Below, in pieces: positions 25,477 through 34,993 of a stretch of DNA of 41,921 nucleotides (position 1 is the first letter of the stretch; the number at the start of each line of letters is the position of its first letter). Origin of the DNA: a virus. Its lineage: Duplodnaviria > Caudoviricetes. The stretch is from the IMG/VR virus record IMGVR_UViG_3300031965_001337, positions 1-41,921 of that record; one strand, 5' to 3'. The position numbers and the translations under genes are program-made. The notes beneath the pieces were generated by a model. That model ran no database searches. It was not told where the DNA came from and saw only the letters and a list, made by a program, of their open reading frames with translations.

Positions 25477-26555
25477 TGGCAACGGGAGGAATCCGGGGTC
25501 TACGCAAGGTCCAGCTGGGCAAAGAGGCGACGAAGGGCACGTCCGTCCCGGCGACTGAGCTGCTGCTGGCCGAGGCGGAGGTCCGTGCCAACTTCCCCCT
25601 GTACCGCAACCAGCACCCCTTCGGCATCATGGGCGAGTTCGGCGGGCCGACGAAGACCCTTGCGAAGGACGTCGACATCGGCCTGAAGATGAACGGCGTC
25701 AGCTACGAGCAGCTGACCTGGCTGCTCAACGCGTCGCTCGACGTGCCGATCGACGGCGGCGCGGCCGTGCCGCCGCCCTACCACCACGTCTACGCGAGCG
25801 GCATCGGAGCGGGCGCGGCGCTCATCGAGACGGGCCCGACGCTGCCCGACTCGCTGACGCTGGAAGGCATCTGGACGGACGGGACCGACCCGGAGGAGGT
25901 CGAGATCCCGTACTGCATGGTGCGCTCGCTGACGCTCTCCGGCGACCAGAACGGCGAGCTGCAGGTGAGCGCCGACCTCTTCGGCCGCGACATCGTCGAC
26001 GCGCCCGTCACCGCGCTCGCGCTGCCGACCAACCTGGAGCCGATCGTCGTCGCCGACGGCATCTTCTACATCAACACGACGATGGCGCTCGCCGCGCCCG
26101 CGATCGCGCTCGGCACCTGGGCGGCGCCAGCGGCCGGCTCGTGGGCGGGCAAGATCATCAGCTTCAACCTGGAGGTGGCGACCGGGTTGATGCCGTTCCA
26201 CGGCGTGCGCGGCGCGCTCACCTTCGACCGCCACCAGGAGATCGGCAACAAGAACTTCCGGCTCACCGTGCGGGCGCTGCAGGACGCGGCCGCGTCGAAC
26301 AGCCCGGCGGCCGAGCGAGTCGCGGCCGCGGCCGGCACCATGCGCTTCGTGACGCTGAACTTCGTCGGCAGCGGCAATAAGAAGTTCCGCTTCGCGGGCG
26401 CCTGCAAGCACGAGCAGGGCGACTTCCTCACGATCGGCGAGCAGGACGGTCTCGATGTGGTGGAGATGTCGTTCATCGGCCACTACGACCCGACGGCGGG
26501 CACGCTCGGACGGATGCAGTTCGCCGTGGCGAACGATGAGGCGGCAGCGCCATAA
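25476..26555 (+). CDS. major tail (tube) protein
   Basis: KVQLGKEATKGTSV N-terminus, SLTLE, VRSLTLSG..GELQVSADLFGR; position. Confidence 0.8.
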   Translation: MATGGIRGLRKVQLGKEATKGTSVPATELLLAEAEVRANFPLYRNQHPFGIMGEFGGPTKTLAKDVDIGLKMNGVSYEQLTWLLNASLDVPIDGGAAVPPPYHHVYASGIGAGAALIETGPTLPDSLTLEGIWTDGTDPEEVEIPYCMVRSLTLSGDQNGELQVSADLFGRDIVDAPVTALALPTNLEPIVVADGIFYINTTMALAAPAIALGTWAAPAAGSWAGKIISFNLEVATGLMPFHGVRGALTFDRHQEIGNKNFRLTVRALQDAAASNSPAAERVAAAAGTMRFVTLNFVGSGNKKFRFAGACKHEQGDFLTIGEQDGLDVVEMSFIGHYDPTAGTLGRMQFAVANDEAAAP

Positions 26556-26573
26556 CGGGGGGCAGCGCCTCCC

Positions 26574-26825
26574 GTGATCGGCTTCGCCGTCGAGCTGCGC
26601 TGCCCTGATTGCCGGGCGTTCTTCGGCACGATCACCATGAGTCCGACTGCGCCCGGCGTCATGCTGGGGCTCCACTGCCGGACCCGCGCCTGTCGCGGCA
26701 AGCAGCAGGTGGTGTTCTACGTCGACGCCGGCCGGGCCAGGGCCTTGACAGGCGACGAACGGGCTGCTATTGTGGCAGGGCAAGAGGGCGCACTCGCCAA
26801 CGCGCCTGACCATATAGGAGGCTGA
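26574..26825 (+). CDS. Com-like zinc-ribbon protein
   Basis: ELRCPDCRAFFG...LHCRTRAC resembles Mu Com-family CxxC...Cx(n)C. Confidence 0.65.
   Translation: MIGFAVELRCPDCRAFFGTITMSPTAPGVMLGLHCRTRACRGKQQVVFYVDAGRARALTGDERAAIVAGQEGALANAPDHIGG
26745..26773 (+). promoter_or_regulatory. sigma70-type promoter inside the Com-like ORF
   Basis: TTGACA-17 nt-TATTGT with extended -10 TG. Confidence 0.7.
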
Positions 26826-26833
26826 GCCGCTAG

Positions 26834-26875
26834 AGCGGCCCGAACATCCCAAGGGTGTCGGGCCGCTTTTTGTTT
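26834..26875 (+). terminator. intrinsic terminator upstream of tail chaperone gene
   Basis: AGCGGCCCGA (26834-26843) / TCGGGCCGCT (26858-26867) then TTTTGTTT. Confidence 0.8.
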
Positions 26876-26907
26876 GCGAGCAGACGGAAAGGGAAGGAGC
26901 AATCAGG

Positions 26908-27447
26908 GTGATCGTCACGAAGCTACAGCCAGAAGAGCGGGAGGTGCCGCACGAGCCGGGCAACTACCTCTCGTTCCGCTGCCTCTCCGGCCTTCAGCTC
27001 GAGGAGGCGGAGGCGGCGAGCACGCGCGAGCTGGTCGAGCGCATGGGCGCGGAGACGCTGCACGCGTTGCGACCGCCCACGCCGCCCGCCAACGGCGCCA
27101 AGGGCCGCGCAGCTGCCGCCGTGGACGAAGTCGACGAGGCGCGACGGAAGGACCCGCTCATCGGGTACAGCCCGGCAAAGCTTATCGAGTTCGGCCTCGT
27201 CTCCTGGCGCGGCCCGAACTACGACGACGTGCCGATGCCGATCGCGGCCGCCAGCCGGGCCGGCGACGCCTCCGTCGCGGAAACGAAGGCCGGCCTGCTC
27301 GACAAGCCGACGCTGCGCTGGGCCGCGCTGCAGGTGCTCGAGGTGAGCCGGATCACGGAGGGGGAAGGGTCGAGCTCCGGGCGTGGTTCCGACCGAACGA
27401 GCGTTACGGCCGCCACCCCCCGGAGCGACTCGGAAGAAAGTGGCTAG
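26908..27447 (+). CDS. tail assembly chaperone
   Basis: between tail tube and tape measure; GLVSW motif; slippery site near 3' end. Confidence 0.7.
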   Translation: MIVTKLQPEEREVPHEPGNYLSFRCLSGLQLEEAEAASTRELVERMGAETLHALRPPTPPANGAKGRAAAAVDEVDEARRKDPLIGYSPAKLIEFGLVSWRGPNYDDVPMPIAAASRAGDASVAETKAGLLDKPTLRWAALQVLEVSRITEGEGSSSGRGSDRTSVTAATPRSDSEESG

Positions 27448-27635
27448 CCATCGTCGAGGCGCACCAGCTGTTTCGCGCCGAGGTGCGCTTCACGCTGGCG
27501 GAATGGGATGAGCTGCCCAACACGGTGCGCGAGGCGGCGCTGCTCGTGCGGCAGTGGACGGAGGAGCTGAAGAACGATGCAACGGACCGCGCGATCGCGG
27601 AAGCGAAGGCGAAGTCGCCGAGGCGGCAGCGCTGA
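27360..27635 (+). CDS. -1 frameshift extension of the tail assembly chaperone (G-T type)
   Basis: G-GGG-GAA at 27360-27366 in chaperone frame; -1 frame open to 27635 (FTLAEWDELP...). Confidence 0.6.
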   Translation, partial: GGRVELRAWFRPNERYGRHPPERLGRKWLAIVEAHQLFRAEVRFTLAEWDELPNTVREAALLVRQWTEELKNDATDRAIAEAKAKSPRRQR

Positions 27636-27657
27636 GGGATAGATGTGACGGTGACTG

Positions 27658-30600
27658 ATGGTGACCGCGGCTGAGCTGGCCATCCTGATCCGCGTGCGCG
27701 ACGAAGCGAGCGCGGCGATCGCGCACGTCGAGGGCAAGACGCAGGCCCTCGGCGCCAGCATGCAGCGAGTGGGCGGCCAGATGCGCACGGCCGGCCTGGG
27801 TATGACGGCCGGGCTGACGCTGCCCATCCTCGGTTTCGGCGCAGCTGCGATCAAGTCGGCGTCTGATCTGGCCGAGTCGGAGAGCAAGGCGAACGTCGTG
27901 TTCGGCAAGTACGCGTCGGCGGTGCAGGCGTTCGCCGGCACGTCGGCCGAGGCGTTCGGCATCTCCAAGCAGCAGGCGAACGAGTACAGCGCGACGCTCG
28001 GCAATATTCTGCTCTCCACCGGGCTGAACCAGGAAGCGGCGACGGGCATGTCGCTCGAGATGGTGAAGCTGGCCGGCGACCTGGCCTCGTTCAACAACCT
28101 CGACGTTGATGTCGCGCTGGAGAAGATCCGCGCCGGCCTCGTCGGGGAAGTGGAGCCGCTGCGCACGGTCGGCGTGACACTGTCGGAGGCAAAGGTGCAG
28201 GCAGCGGCATACACCGCTGGGATCGCGGAGCAGGGGGCGAAGCTGACCGAGGCGGAGAAGGTGCAGGCACGCTACCAGGTCATCCTCGCGGAGACCGGGA
28301 CGGCCCACGGCGACGCGGGCCGCACGATAGGAATGGTGGCGGGCCAAACGCGCGTCCTGCAGGCGCGGTTCGCCGATACGAGCGCCGAGCTCGGCGAGAA
28401 CCTGATCCCGCTCACCATCGCCCTGATGGACAGGCTGAACGACGGCGTCGACGTTGTATCCGATCTGTCCGAGCAGTTCGAGGGCATGGACCCGCAGCTG
28501 AAGAAGATCGCGCTCGGCTTCGCCATCGGGCTCGCCGCGGCCGGCCCGCTGCTCTTCATCCTCGGTTCGCTGGTGAGCAGCATCGCTGTGCTGATCTCGA
28601 TCGTCGTTGCACTCGCCTCACCGTGGACACTCGTCGCGCTGGCGGTGCTCGCCGCCGCCGCCGCGATCGCGCTCTTCGTCATCCCGAACGAGAAGCTGCC
28701 CGCCGTGTTGTTGAGGGTAAAGCTGCACGTCATCGAACTGGCCGAGTGGCTCGTCCGCCTGGGCGAGACACTCCTCAACATGACGAATCCGATCGGCGCA
28801 GCAGCAAACGCGCTCGGCTTCTTCGGCAAGGCGGCGAGCTTCATCCCCGGCATCGGCGACGAAGTATCGGGTGCCCTGGGCGCGGTCCGGGACGGTGTGG
28901 ACAAGGTCAACCCGGCCGCCTATGCCGCTGGCTTTGCGATGGACTACTTCGAGGGCCAGGCAGCCGAAGCAAGGGCGGCACTGGCTGGACTCGATCCTCA
29001 ACTTGCTGCTACGAACATCGGCCTGCTCGTGACCAACAGAAACGCCATCTTCGCCGCGCAGGGCGTTGCTGGACTCATCGCCGCAGTTCGCAATTTGTCG
29101 GGTGGAGCTGCCGCGCCGACCGCGCCGCCTCCCGTATTCATACCGCCACCCATCCCGGTGCCCGACCTCTCCCCAGTCAGCGGCGCGGTCGGGGAAGCGA
29201 TCGACCTGATCGCGCTCGCGTGGGCGGAGGGCGCGCGTCAGTGGATGGAGGCGGTCGAGCGCGGCGTGCGCGACGGGAGCATCCGCATCCGCGATGTCCT
29301 GCGGCTCGGCCTGGGCGACGCCGGCCGTTCCGCCATCGCCGAGATGGCGCGCGTGCAGGACGAAAACGAAGAGGTGTGGCGGATCATCGGCGACACCGTC
29401 GAGCGCGGCATCATCCGCATCCAGGACGTCGCGCGCCTGCTCGAGCTCGGCCCGTTCGGCGCCCAGGCGGCCGAGGACTTCCTGCGCGGCATGGAGGGCC
29501 TGCCGTCGCGGACCCGCGACGCCATCTTCGCCAAGATCGAGGCCGAGGCGCTGAAGGCGGGCATGGACGCGGCCGTCGCCTTCGTCGAGAAGTGGGAAGA
29601 GGGCATCGCCGGCCTCGAGGACACGCTCGCCGGCGCTGGCTCGAAGCTGTCGCAGATCCTCGGGCAGGAGACGGTGGAGAGCGCGACGCAGCGGCTCGAC
29701 ATCCTCAAGCTGCAGCTGGCCGAGATGGACGCGCAGGGGGCCGCTGAGGCGGCGCGGGAGGCGCGGGCGAGCCGCATCGCGGAGATCGAGCTGGAGATCA
29801 ACCGCGTGCGGGAGTCGGGCGCGGCGCAGATCGCACAGCTGGAGGCGGCGCGCGCGGCCGCCGTGGACCGAATCAAGGTGTCGGAGGGGCAACTTTCCGA
29901 GCTGCGCAAAGCGCAGGCCGACGCGGCGCGCATCCTCGGCCTCGAACAGCAGTTGCCCGATCAACATCCGCTGGTGCGGGCGGCACAAGACCTGCAGGCG
30001 GCGCGGGACAAGCTGGTTGAGCTGGAGGCGGCGGGGGAGCGCACGGGCCGCCAGCGCGGCCTGGTGAGGCGCCTCGAGAGCCAGTTCCAGGTGGCCGAAG
30101 GTTTCGTGGAGCGCGAAGCGGCGGCGAAGGAGCGCGAGATCGAGGCGGCCAAGGCGGCGGAGCAGACGATCGAGGCGCAGCTCGCCGACGTGCGCGCCCG
30201 CACGGAGGCGCAGATCGCGCTGCTGGAGCGGGAGAAGACGGCGCTGGACAACACCGTCTCGGCGGAGGAGCTGCACCTTCAGCAGCTGCAATCGCAACGC
30301 GCGGCGCTCGAGGAGCTGACCGACCGCCGGCGGATCGAGGCGGAGCAGATCGCGCTGCAACTCCAGCTCAACAATGGCCTCCTGCCCACACAGGCCGAGG
30401 TGAACGCGCAGGCCGCCGACCACATCGCGCTGATGGAGGGCCTGCGCGTCGTCTACGAGAACTTGACGGGCGGCATCTTCCGCACGCGCGACGCGACGCT
30501 CCTCCTGGGAGCGGGCATGGACGACCTCGCGCGCATCATCCTGCTGATTGCCGAGGGCATCCTCGACCCGGACATCCTGCCGTCGATCGGGCGGAACGCG

Positions 30601-30756
30601 ACGTCGGCCGGCCGGCGGACCGCCGGCGCTGGGGCGGGTGGCAGTGCGGGCAGCGCAGGCGCCGGCTCCGGCAACGTCTACATCCAGCGCCTGGTCGTGG
30701 ACGGCAACCTCCGCGAGTCGCTCGAGGGCCTCGGCCTGAGCTTCGGCAGGGTGTAG
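27658..30756 (+). CDS. tape measure protein
   Basis: ELAILIRVRDEAS, MTAGLTLPI, ASDLAES.SK..VVFG, LAGDLASFNN, hydrophobic region, long coiled coil. Confidence 0.93.
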   Translation: MVTAAELAILIRVRDEASAAIAHVEGKTQALGASMQRVGGQMRTAGLGMTAGLTLPILGFGAAAIKSASDLAESESKANVVFGKYASAVQAFAGTSAEAFGISKQQANEYSATLGNILLSTGLNQEAATGMSLEMVKLAGDLASFNNLDVDVALEKIRAGLVGEVEPLRTVGVTLSEAKVQAAAYTAGIAEQGAKLTEAEKVQARYQVILAETGTAHGDAGRTIGMVAGQTRVLQARFADTSAELGENLIPLTIALMDRLNDGVDVVSDLSEQFEGMDPQLKKIALGFAIGLAAAGPLLFILGSLVSSIAVLISIVVALASPWTLVALAVLAAAAAIALFVIPNEKLPAVLLRVKLHVIELAEWLVRLGETLLNMTNPIGAAANALGFFGKAASFIPGIGDEVSGALGAVRDGVDKVNPAAYAAGFAMDYFEGQAAEARAALAGLDPQLAATNIGLLVTNRNAIFAAQGVAGLIAAVRNLSGGAAAPTAPPPVFIPPPIPVPDLSPVSGAVGEAIDLIALAWAEGARQWMEAVERGVRDGSIRIRDVLRLGLGDAGRSAIAEMARVQDENEEVWRIIGDTVERGIIRIQDVARLLELGPFGAQAAEDFLRGMEGLPSRTRDAIFAKIEAEALKAGMDAAVAFVEKWEEGIAGLEDTLAGAGSKLSQILGQETVESATQRLDILKLQLAEMDAQGAAEAAREARASRIAEIELEINRVRESGAAQIAQLEAARAAAVDRIKVSEGQLSELRKAQADAARILGLEQQLPDQHPLVRAAQDLQAARDKLVELEAAGERTGRQRGLVRRLESQFQVAEGFVEREAAAKEREIEAAKAAEQTIEAQLADVRARTEAQIALLEREKTALDNTVSAEELHLQQLQSQRAALEELTDRRRIEAEQIALQLQLNNGLLPTQAEVNAQAADHIALMEGLRVVYENLTGGIFRTRDATLLLGAGMDDLARIILLIAEGILDPDILPSIGRNATSAGRRTAGAGAGGSAGSAGAGSGNVYIQRLVVDGNLRESLEGLGLSFGRV

Positions 30757-30767
30757 GGGCGCGCGCG

Positions 30768-33700
30768 ATGCCATACGACTGGGCGCCAACGCACTTCGAT
30801 GGAGTGAGCCTCACCGCGGCGCCCTTCTCGTTGGCGCCCCCCGTCTTCGACGCGCTCAACGGGCCGCCGAAGCTCCAGACCTACCAGGCGATCGAATCCG
30901 CCATTGTCGACCTCGGCTCCCGCTTCGTGCGCGGGCAGCCCGAGCCGGCGGTGTGGGAGCTGCACGTCTTCCTGGACGCGACCGACGAGGCGCAGCTGGA
31001 GACGCTGCGCCGGACCTTCTCGCCCGAGCGCGGGCTGGTCTTCCTGCGGGCGGACGACGGCGACGCGGTGAACTGGCGAGTGGCCTGCTTCGTCGTGGGT
31101 GTCGACCGTCTCGACGCACCCCACTGGCTGATCCGGCTCTACGTCCCCGATCCCGCGTGGGAGGAGAACGCGGCCACCACGTCGACGCAGCCGAACATCA
31201 CCACCAACCCATTCGACTTCGTCGTCACCAACAACGGCGATCGGCTCGCCCGCCCCGTCGTAACCTTCGCGCCGGACGCCGTGCAGCTCGATCCGGCAAT
31301 GGACTTCACGATCTCTTTCCGTGGCTGGGTGGCGAACAGGTCGCCGTTCGCGCTCGTGGACGTACCCGTCATGTTGCTCGACTTCAACCACGCGGCGAAG
31401 TACTCCGTCGGCGCCAGCACGCGGCTCGTCAACCAGGTCGGCGGCATCACCGCGACGGCGGCGATCATCCCCTACGATACGACGGCCGGCGCGTGGTTGA
31501 CCCCCGGCGGCTTCGGGCTCATCGACAACGAGCAGTTCTACTACGACGCCTTCGACGGCGTCCAGTTCAGCGGCTGCGTCCGCGGCGTCGGCGGGACTGT
31601 GGCGGCGACGCACGCCGATAACGCCGTGATCACGCGGAGCGACGCACTCTTCAACGGCGAAGACATCCGCGTATTCGCCGAGGGGGAGGAGATCGAGTCA
31701 CACGTCGCCGGGCTGCGCACCAGCTCGTGCCGGGTGTGGGCGCCCATGTCGATGCCGGCCCGCCGACTGCTCCACACGAGCGAGGCCTGGACCGCCAGCG
31801 CCCCCGCCGACGGCGGTGAGGCGCTGTTCGACGAGGGCGTCGCCGACGTGCCGGACGATGGTGTGTTTTTCATCCTGAACTCGTCGAACGAACTCGTCTC
31901 CTATACGAGCCGGGACGTGGCCGCCGGCAAACTGAAGGGATTGAACCGCGAGACCTGGTTCACAGCCGCCGGGACGAGCGCCGCCGGCGTCGCGTGCTAT
32001 CTCGTGAGCCATCCGCAGATCGTGGTAGCGATGGGCCGGAGGAGCATCGGCGGCACGAACGCCTGGCCGGCCGGTTCGGTCACGCCACCGCCCGCGCCAC
32101 GCCTGCTCGATCGCCGGCCTGCGTTCCAGCTCGGGAACAGCAACAACTCGCAGTGGCGCTACGGCGACACCGCGTCCGACCCCGACACCGTCTTCTTCGA
32201 CCCGGACCGCCCGGACCGCCCAGCGTCGTTTGTCCCCGTCTCGGAGATCCCGGCGGGCGACAAGAACGACGCGGCCGGCCTGCGCCTGGAGACCGCGCTG
32301 GCGCGCGCCGGTTGGACGGCTGACGTGCCCGTCGCCGGCAAGCCCGACACCCCGCGACTGTCGCTGCACACGCCGGTGGGCATCGAAGCGGTCGCGAGCG
32401 GGATCGTCTATGACGCGCAGCAGCGCCGCAACGTCCGGCTTCGCATCCTCGGACGCGACGCAACCGGCTTCGAGACGGAGCTCGCCAACAAGTACGACGT
32501 CGCTGAGGCGCTCGTGACGGCGCAGGCCGTCACGCCAGCGAAGGTGCTGCACGAACTCATCCTCAACGCGGTGAGGTCAGCGACGACTGGGAGCGGCCGA
32601 GGCGTGCCCGGTGGTGGCTTCGACCTGCAGCTGGAGGGCCAGTTCTACGCTACGCGTTTCACCCTGACAAACGATACGAAGTTCAAGGCCGTGCAGATTG
32701 CCCTCAAGGGCGCCGGCGCGTTCCGGGTCGGCATCTACGACACGTCGGGGGCGAGCCCTTTTGAGGGGTCTCAGTTGGTGCAGTTCGTGCACAGCAGCCA
32801 GGGCACCGGCCCAAGCTTCGCGATCAATCTGAGTGCCATCACCATCATCGAGTACCGGAACGACGCCGTGGGCGAAATGCTGTTGCCAGCGGGAACCCAC
32901 TGGCTACTGGTTGCGCTGACCGTCGACGCCACGACACCAATCGAGTTTGGGGGGCTCGGCATCGGCGCGGACGTGAAGTGGTCTGGCTACCACAGTCAGT
33001 GGCACCTCAACAGCATCCCCGATGATGTGAAGACGCTCGGCGCGACCGACATCGTGGGCGACCACGTCAACGGCGCCCTCTCGGCGGTCGCGACGTCGAT
33101 CCCAGTCAAAACGACGGCGGGTCAGATTTCCGGTCCTGGCCTCTTCTCTTCCGGCCGCGCCTGGATCGAGGATGATACCTCCGGCAACCCGATGGAGAAG
33201 ATCTCCTACTCCGGGCGGTCAAAGACCGACCTGACCGGCGTGGTGCGCGGCATCGAGGGGACCGCTGCCGTCGCCCACGCGGACGGCAAGCGTATTATTC
33301 AGGCGGACGAAACGGGGGCACCGGCGTTCTGGTTTCGTTTCGTCCACGAGGGCGCGGGGCCGATCCAGGAGGAGGCCGGCGCCCTCGTGGAATCCGGCGA
33401 GGCCTACATCGACAATCTCATCCTCGAGCTGAACGACGCCGCCGCCGACCCGTTCACGCCCCTCGTGGCGGGGATCGAGGTGGCGACGTACCACCTGAAC
33501 GGCGAGCTGAAGAACGTGACGAACGGCAAGGGCTTCGCGCTCGACTTCTGGTGCCCACTGCAGGCCCAGGGCGGCGGGCCGGTGGTCGTCACGATCGACG
33601 CCGAGCGCCGCACTGCCAAGTTCACGCAGGGCAGCTGGACGCTGGCGATCGCCGGTGCCGTTACGCCGCTCAACGACTCCGACTGGCTGCCACTGGAGCC

Positions 33701-33779
33701 GGGCGCGAACACGCTCCGCTGGACTGAGGCCGCGCCGTCGCTGGACATCGTCGCCACGTTCCGGGGGAAGAAGGGATGA
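30768..33779 (+). CDS. large distal tail (Dit-like) protein with inserted domains
   Basis: follows tape measure; VTNNGD..ARP and WLPLEPGANTLRW Dit-like ends; three RG..GT.A..H type repeats. Confidence 0.7.
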   Translation: MPYDWAPTHFDGVSLTAAPFSLAPPVFDALNGPPKLQTYQAIESAIVDLGSRFVRGQPEPAVWELHVFLDATDEAQLETLRRTFSPERGLVFLRADDGDAVNWRVACFVVGVDRLDAPHWLIRLYVPDPAWEENAATTSTQPNITTNPFDFVVTNNGDRLARPVVTFAPDAVQLDPAMDFTISFRGWVANRSPFALVDVPVMLLDFNHAAKYSVGASTRLVNQVGGITATAAIIPYDTTAGAWLTPGGFGLIDNEQFYYDAFDGVQFSGCVRGVGGTVAATHADNAVITRSDALFNGEDIRVFAEGEEIESHVAGLRTSSCRVWAPMSMPARRLLHTSEAWTASAPADGGEALFDEGVADVPDDGVFFILNSSNELVSYTSRDVAAGKLKGLNRETWFTAAGTSAAGVACYLVSHPQIVVAMGRRSIGGTNAWPAGSVTPPPAPRLLDRRPAFQLGNSNNSQWRYGDTASDPDTVFFDPDRPDRPASFVPVSEIPAGDKNDAAGLRLETALARAGWTADVPVAGKPDTPRLSLHTPVGIEAVASGIVYDAQQRRNVRLRILGRDATGFETELANKYDVAEALVTAQAVTPAKVLHELILNAVRSATTGSGRGVPGGGFDLQLEGQFYATRFTLTNDTKFKAVQIALKGAGAFRVGIYDTSGASPFEGSQLVQFVHSSQGTGPSFAINLSAITIIEYRNDAVGEMLLPAGTHWLLVALTVDATTPIEFGGLGIGADVKWSGYHSQWHLNSIPDDVKTLGATDIVGDHVNGALSAVATSIPVKTTAGQISGPGLFSSGRAWIEDDTSGNPMEKISYSGRSKTDLTGVVRGIEGTAAVAHADGKRIIQADETGAPAFWFRFVHEGAGPIQEEAGALVESGEAYIDNLILELNDAAADPFTPLVAGIEVATYHLNGELKNVTNGKGFALDFWCPLQAQGGGPVVVTIDAERRTAKFTQGSWTLAIAGAVTPLNDSDWLPLEPGANTLRWTEAAPSLDIVATFRGKKG

Positions 33780-33788
33780 CGGGCTGAG

Positions 33789-34895
33789 ATGGGCGCCTCC
33801 GCCGTCGCCGGCATCGCGGTCAAGCTGCGCGATCCCTTCCCGCCACACCGCGCCCTCGCCTCGGCGAAGGTGCCGGCGATCGACTACGGCTTCATGCTGA
33901 TGCGGTCCGGCAGCGCGCAGTTCACCGTCTCCCGCGCCGACGATAATTCGCCCTACTCGTGGGCGCAGGGCAACATGGTATCGGTCGAGCGCAGCGATGG
34001 CCTGCTGCCCTGGTATGGCTTCATCACGAACCGCCAACTGGACAGCGAGTCGGGCAGCGCGCAGATCACAGCGGTCGACTACGCCGGCGCCCTCTTCGAG
34101 CGGGCGGCGACGCCGAAGGACTGGCCGCAGGAGAAGAAGTCGGCCGGCGAGTGGGTCCGCTCGCTCGGCCTCTGGGCGAACAGGGGACGGCCGCCGCTCC
34201 TCGTGGACGTGCGGGGCGTCATCGGCGGCGGCCCGGTCCAGTTCGCGCCCGCCGCCGAGAGCTTCACATCGCTGCTCGATACGATGGCGCGTTCTGCCGA
34301 CTGGGAGTGGGCGGTGCGCTACGAGGGTATCGACGGGCCGCAGCACCGGGCGGCGCTCGTCTTCAGCGAGCGCGTCGGCCGCGACCTGAGCCGGCAGGTC
34401 GTCTTTCAGGAGGGCCGTCACTTCGCGCGGGCGCGCATGACGGAGGACGCGCAGGGCGTGCTGGAGAACGCCATTGCCCTTGGCGGCTCAGGCGCGGTCT
34501 CCGGGCGCGCCGCCGTCGCCGTCAACCCGTCCTCGACGGGCGCGCCCGGGGTGGACGGGTTTCCGCTCATCGGCCTGAAGACGACGCCCTCGTCCCCCGC
34601 GCTGGCGGGCACCCGCGTCGCCATCGAGCAGGCCGTGACGAACAAGGAGGCGTTGGCGAAGATGGCGCAGAACCTCCACCACGCGGCCGACTCGGTCGTC
34701 GAGCAGGTCTCCTTCACGATCGCTGAGACGGAGACCGATATGCGGCTCCTCGAGGTCGGGTCGCTCTACGGCGTGCGCTTCGCCGACCTGTCGCTGGGGC
34801 TGGCGGTGCACCGGAAGGTTCGCTTGATTGCGCTCAAACTCTCGACCGACGGGCAACACGACATCGAGGCGGAGGTGCTGTCCAGTGCCGCATGA
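33789..34895 (+). CDS. baseplate hub (Tal-like) minor tail protein
   Basis: GSAQFTV, WYGFITNR, ITAVDY, VGRDLS..VF, LEVGSLYGV; follows Dit. Confidence 0.65.
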   Translation: MGASAVAGIAVKLRDPFPPHRALASAKVPAIDYGFMLMRSGSAQFTVSRADDNSPYSWAQGNMVSVERSDGLLPWYGFITNRQLDSESGSAQITAVDYAGALFERAATPKDWPQEKKSAGEWVRSLGLWANRGRPPLLVDVRGVIGGGPVQFAPAAESFTSLLDTMARSADWEWAVRYEGIDGPQHRAALVFSERVGRDLSRQVVFQEGRHFARARMTEDAQGVLENAIALGGSGAVSGRAAVAVNPSSTGAPGVDGFPLIGLKTTPSSPALAGTRVAIEQAVTNKEALAKMAQNLHHAADSVVEQVSFTIAETETDMRLLEVGSLYGVRFADLSLGLAVHRKVRLIALKLSTDGQHDIEAEVLSSAA

Positions 34896-34986
34896 TCCGA
34901 TCCTCGTGGCGCGGGCGAACGCGGGCCGGCTGCCCAGGCTGATCGCTGCGATCAAGGGTCTCGCGGAGAAGGCGGGGCGAAGATGA
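34885..34986 (+). CDS. 33-aa micro-protein (VPHDPILVARANAGRL...), paralog of the 37677 C-terminus
   Basis: SD GGAGGT 8 nt before GTG; DPIL.AR...L..L......K..RR shared with 37677-37889. Confidence 0.55.
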   Translation: MPHDPILVARANAGRLPRLIAAIKGLAEKAGRR

Positions 34987-34993
34987 GGCGACG

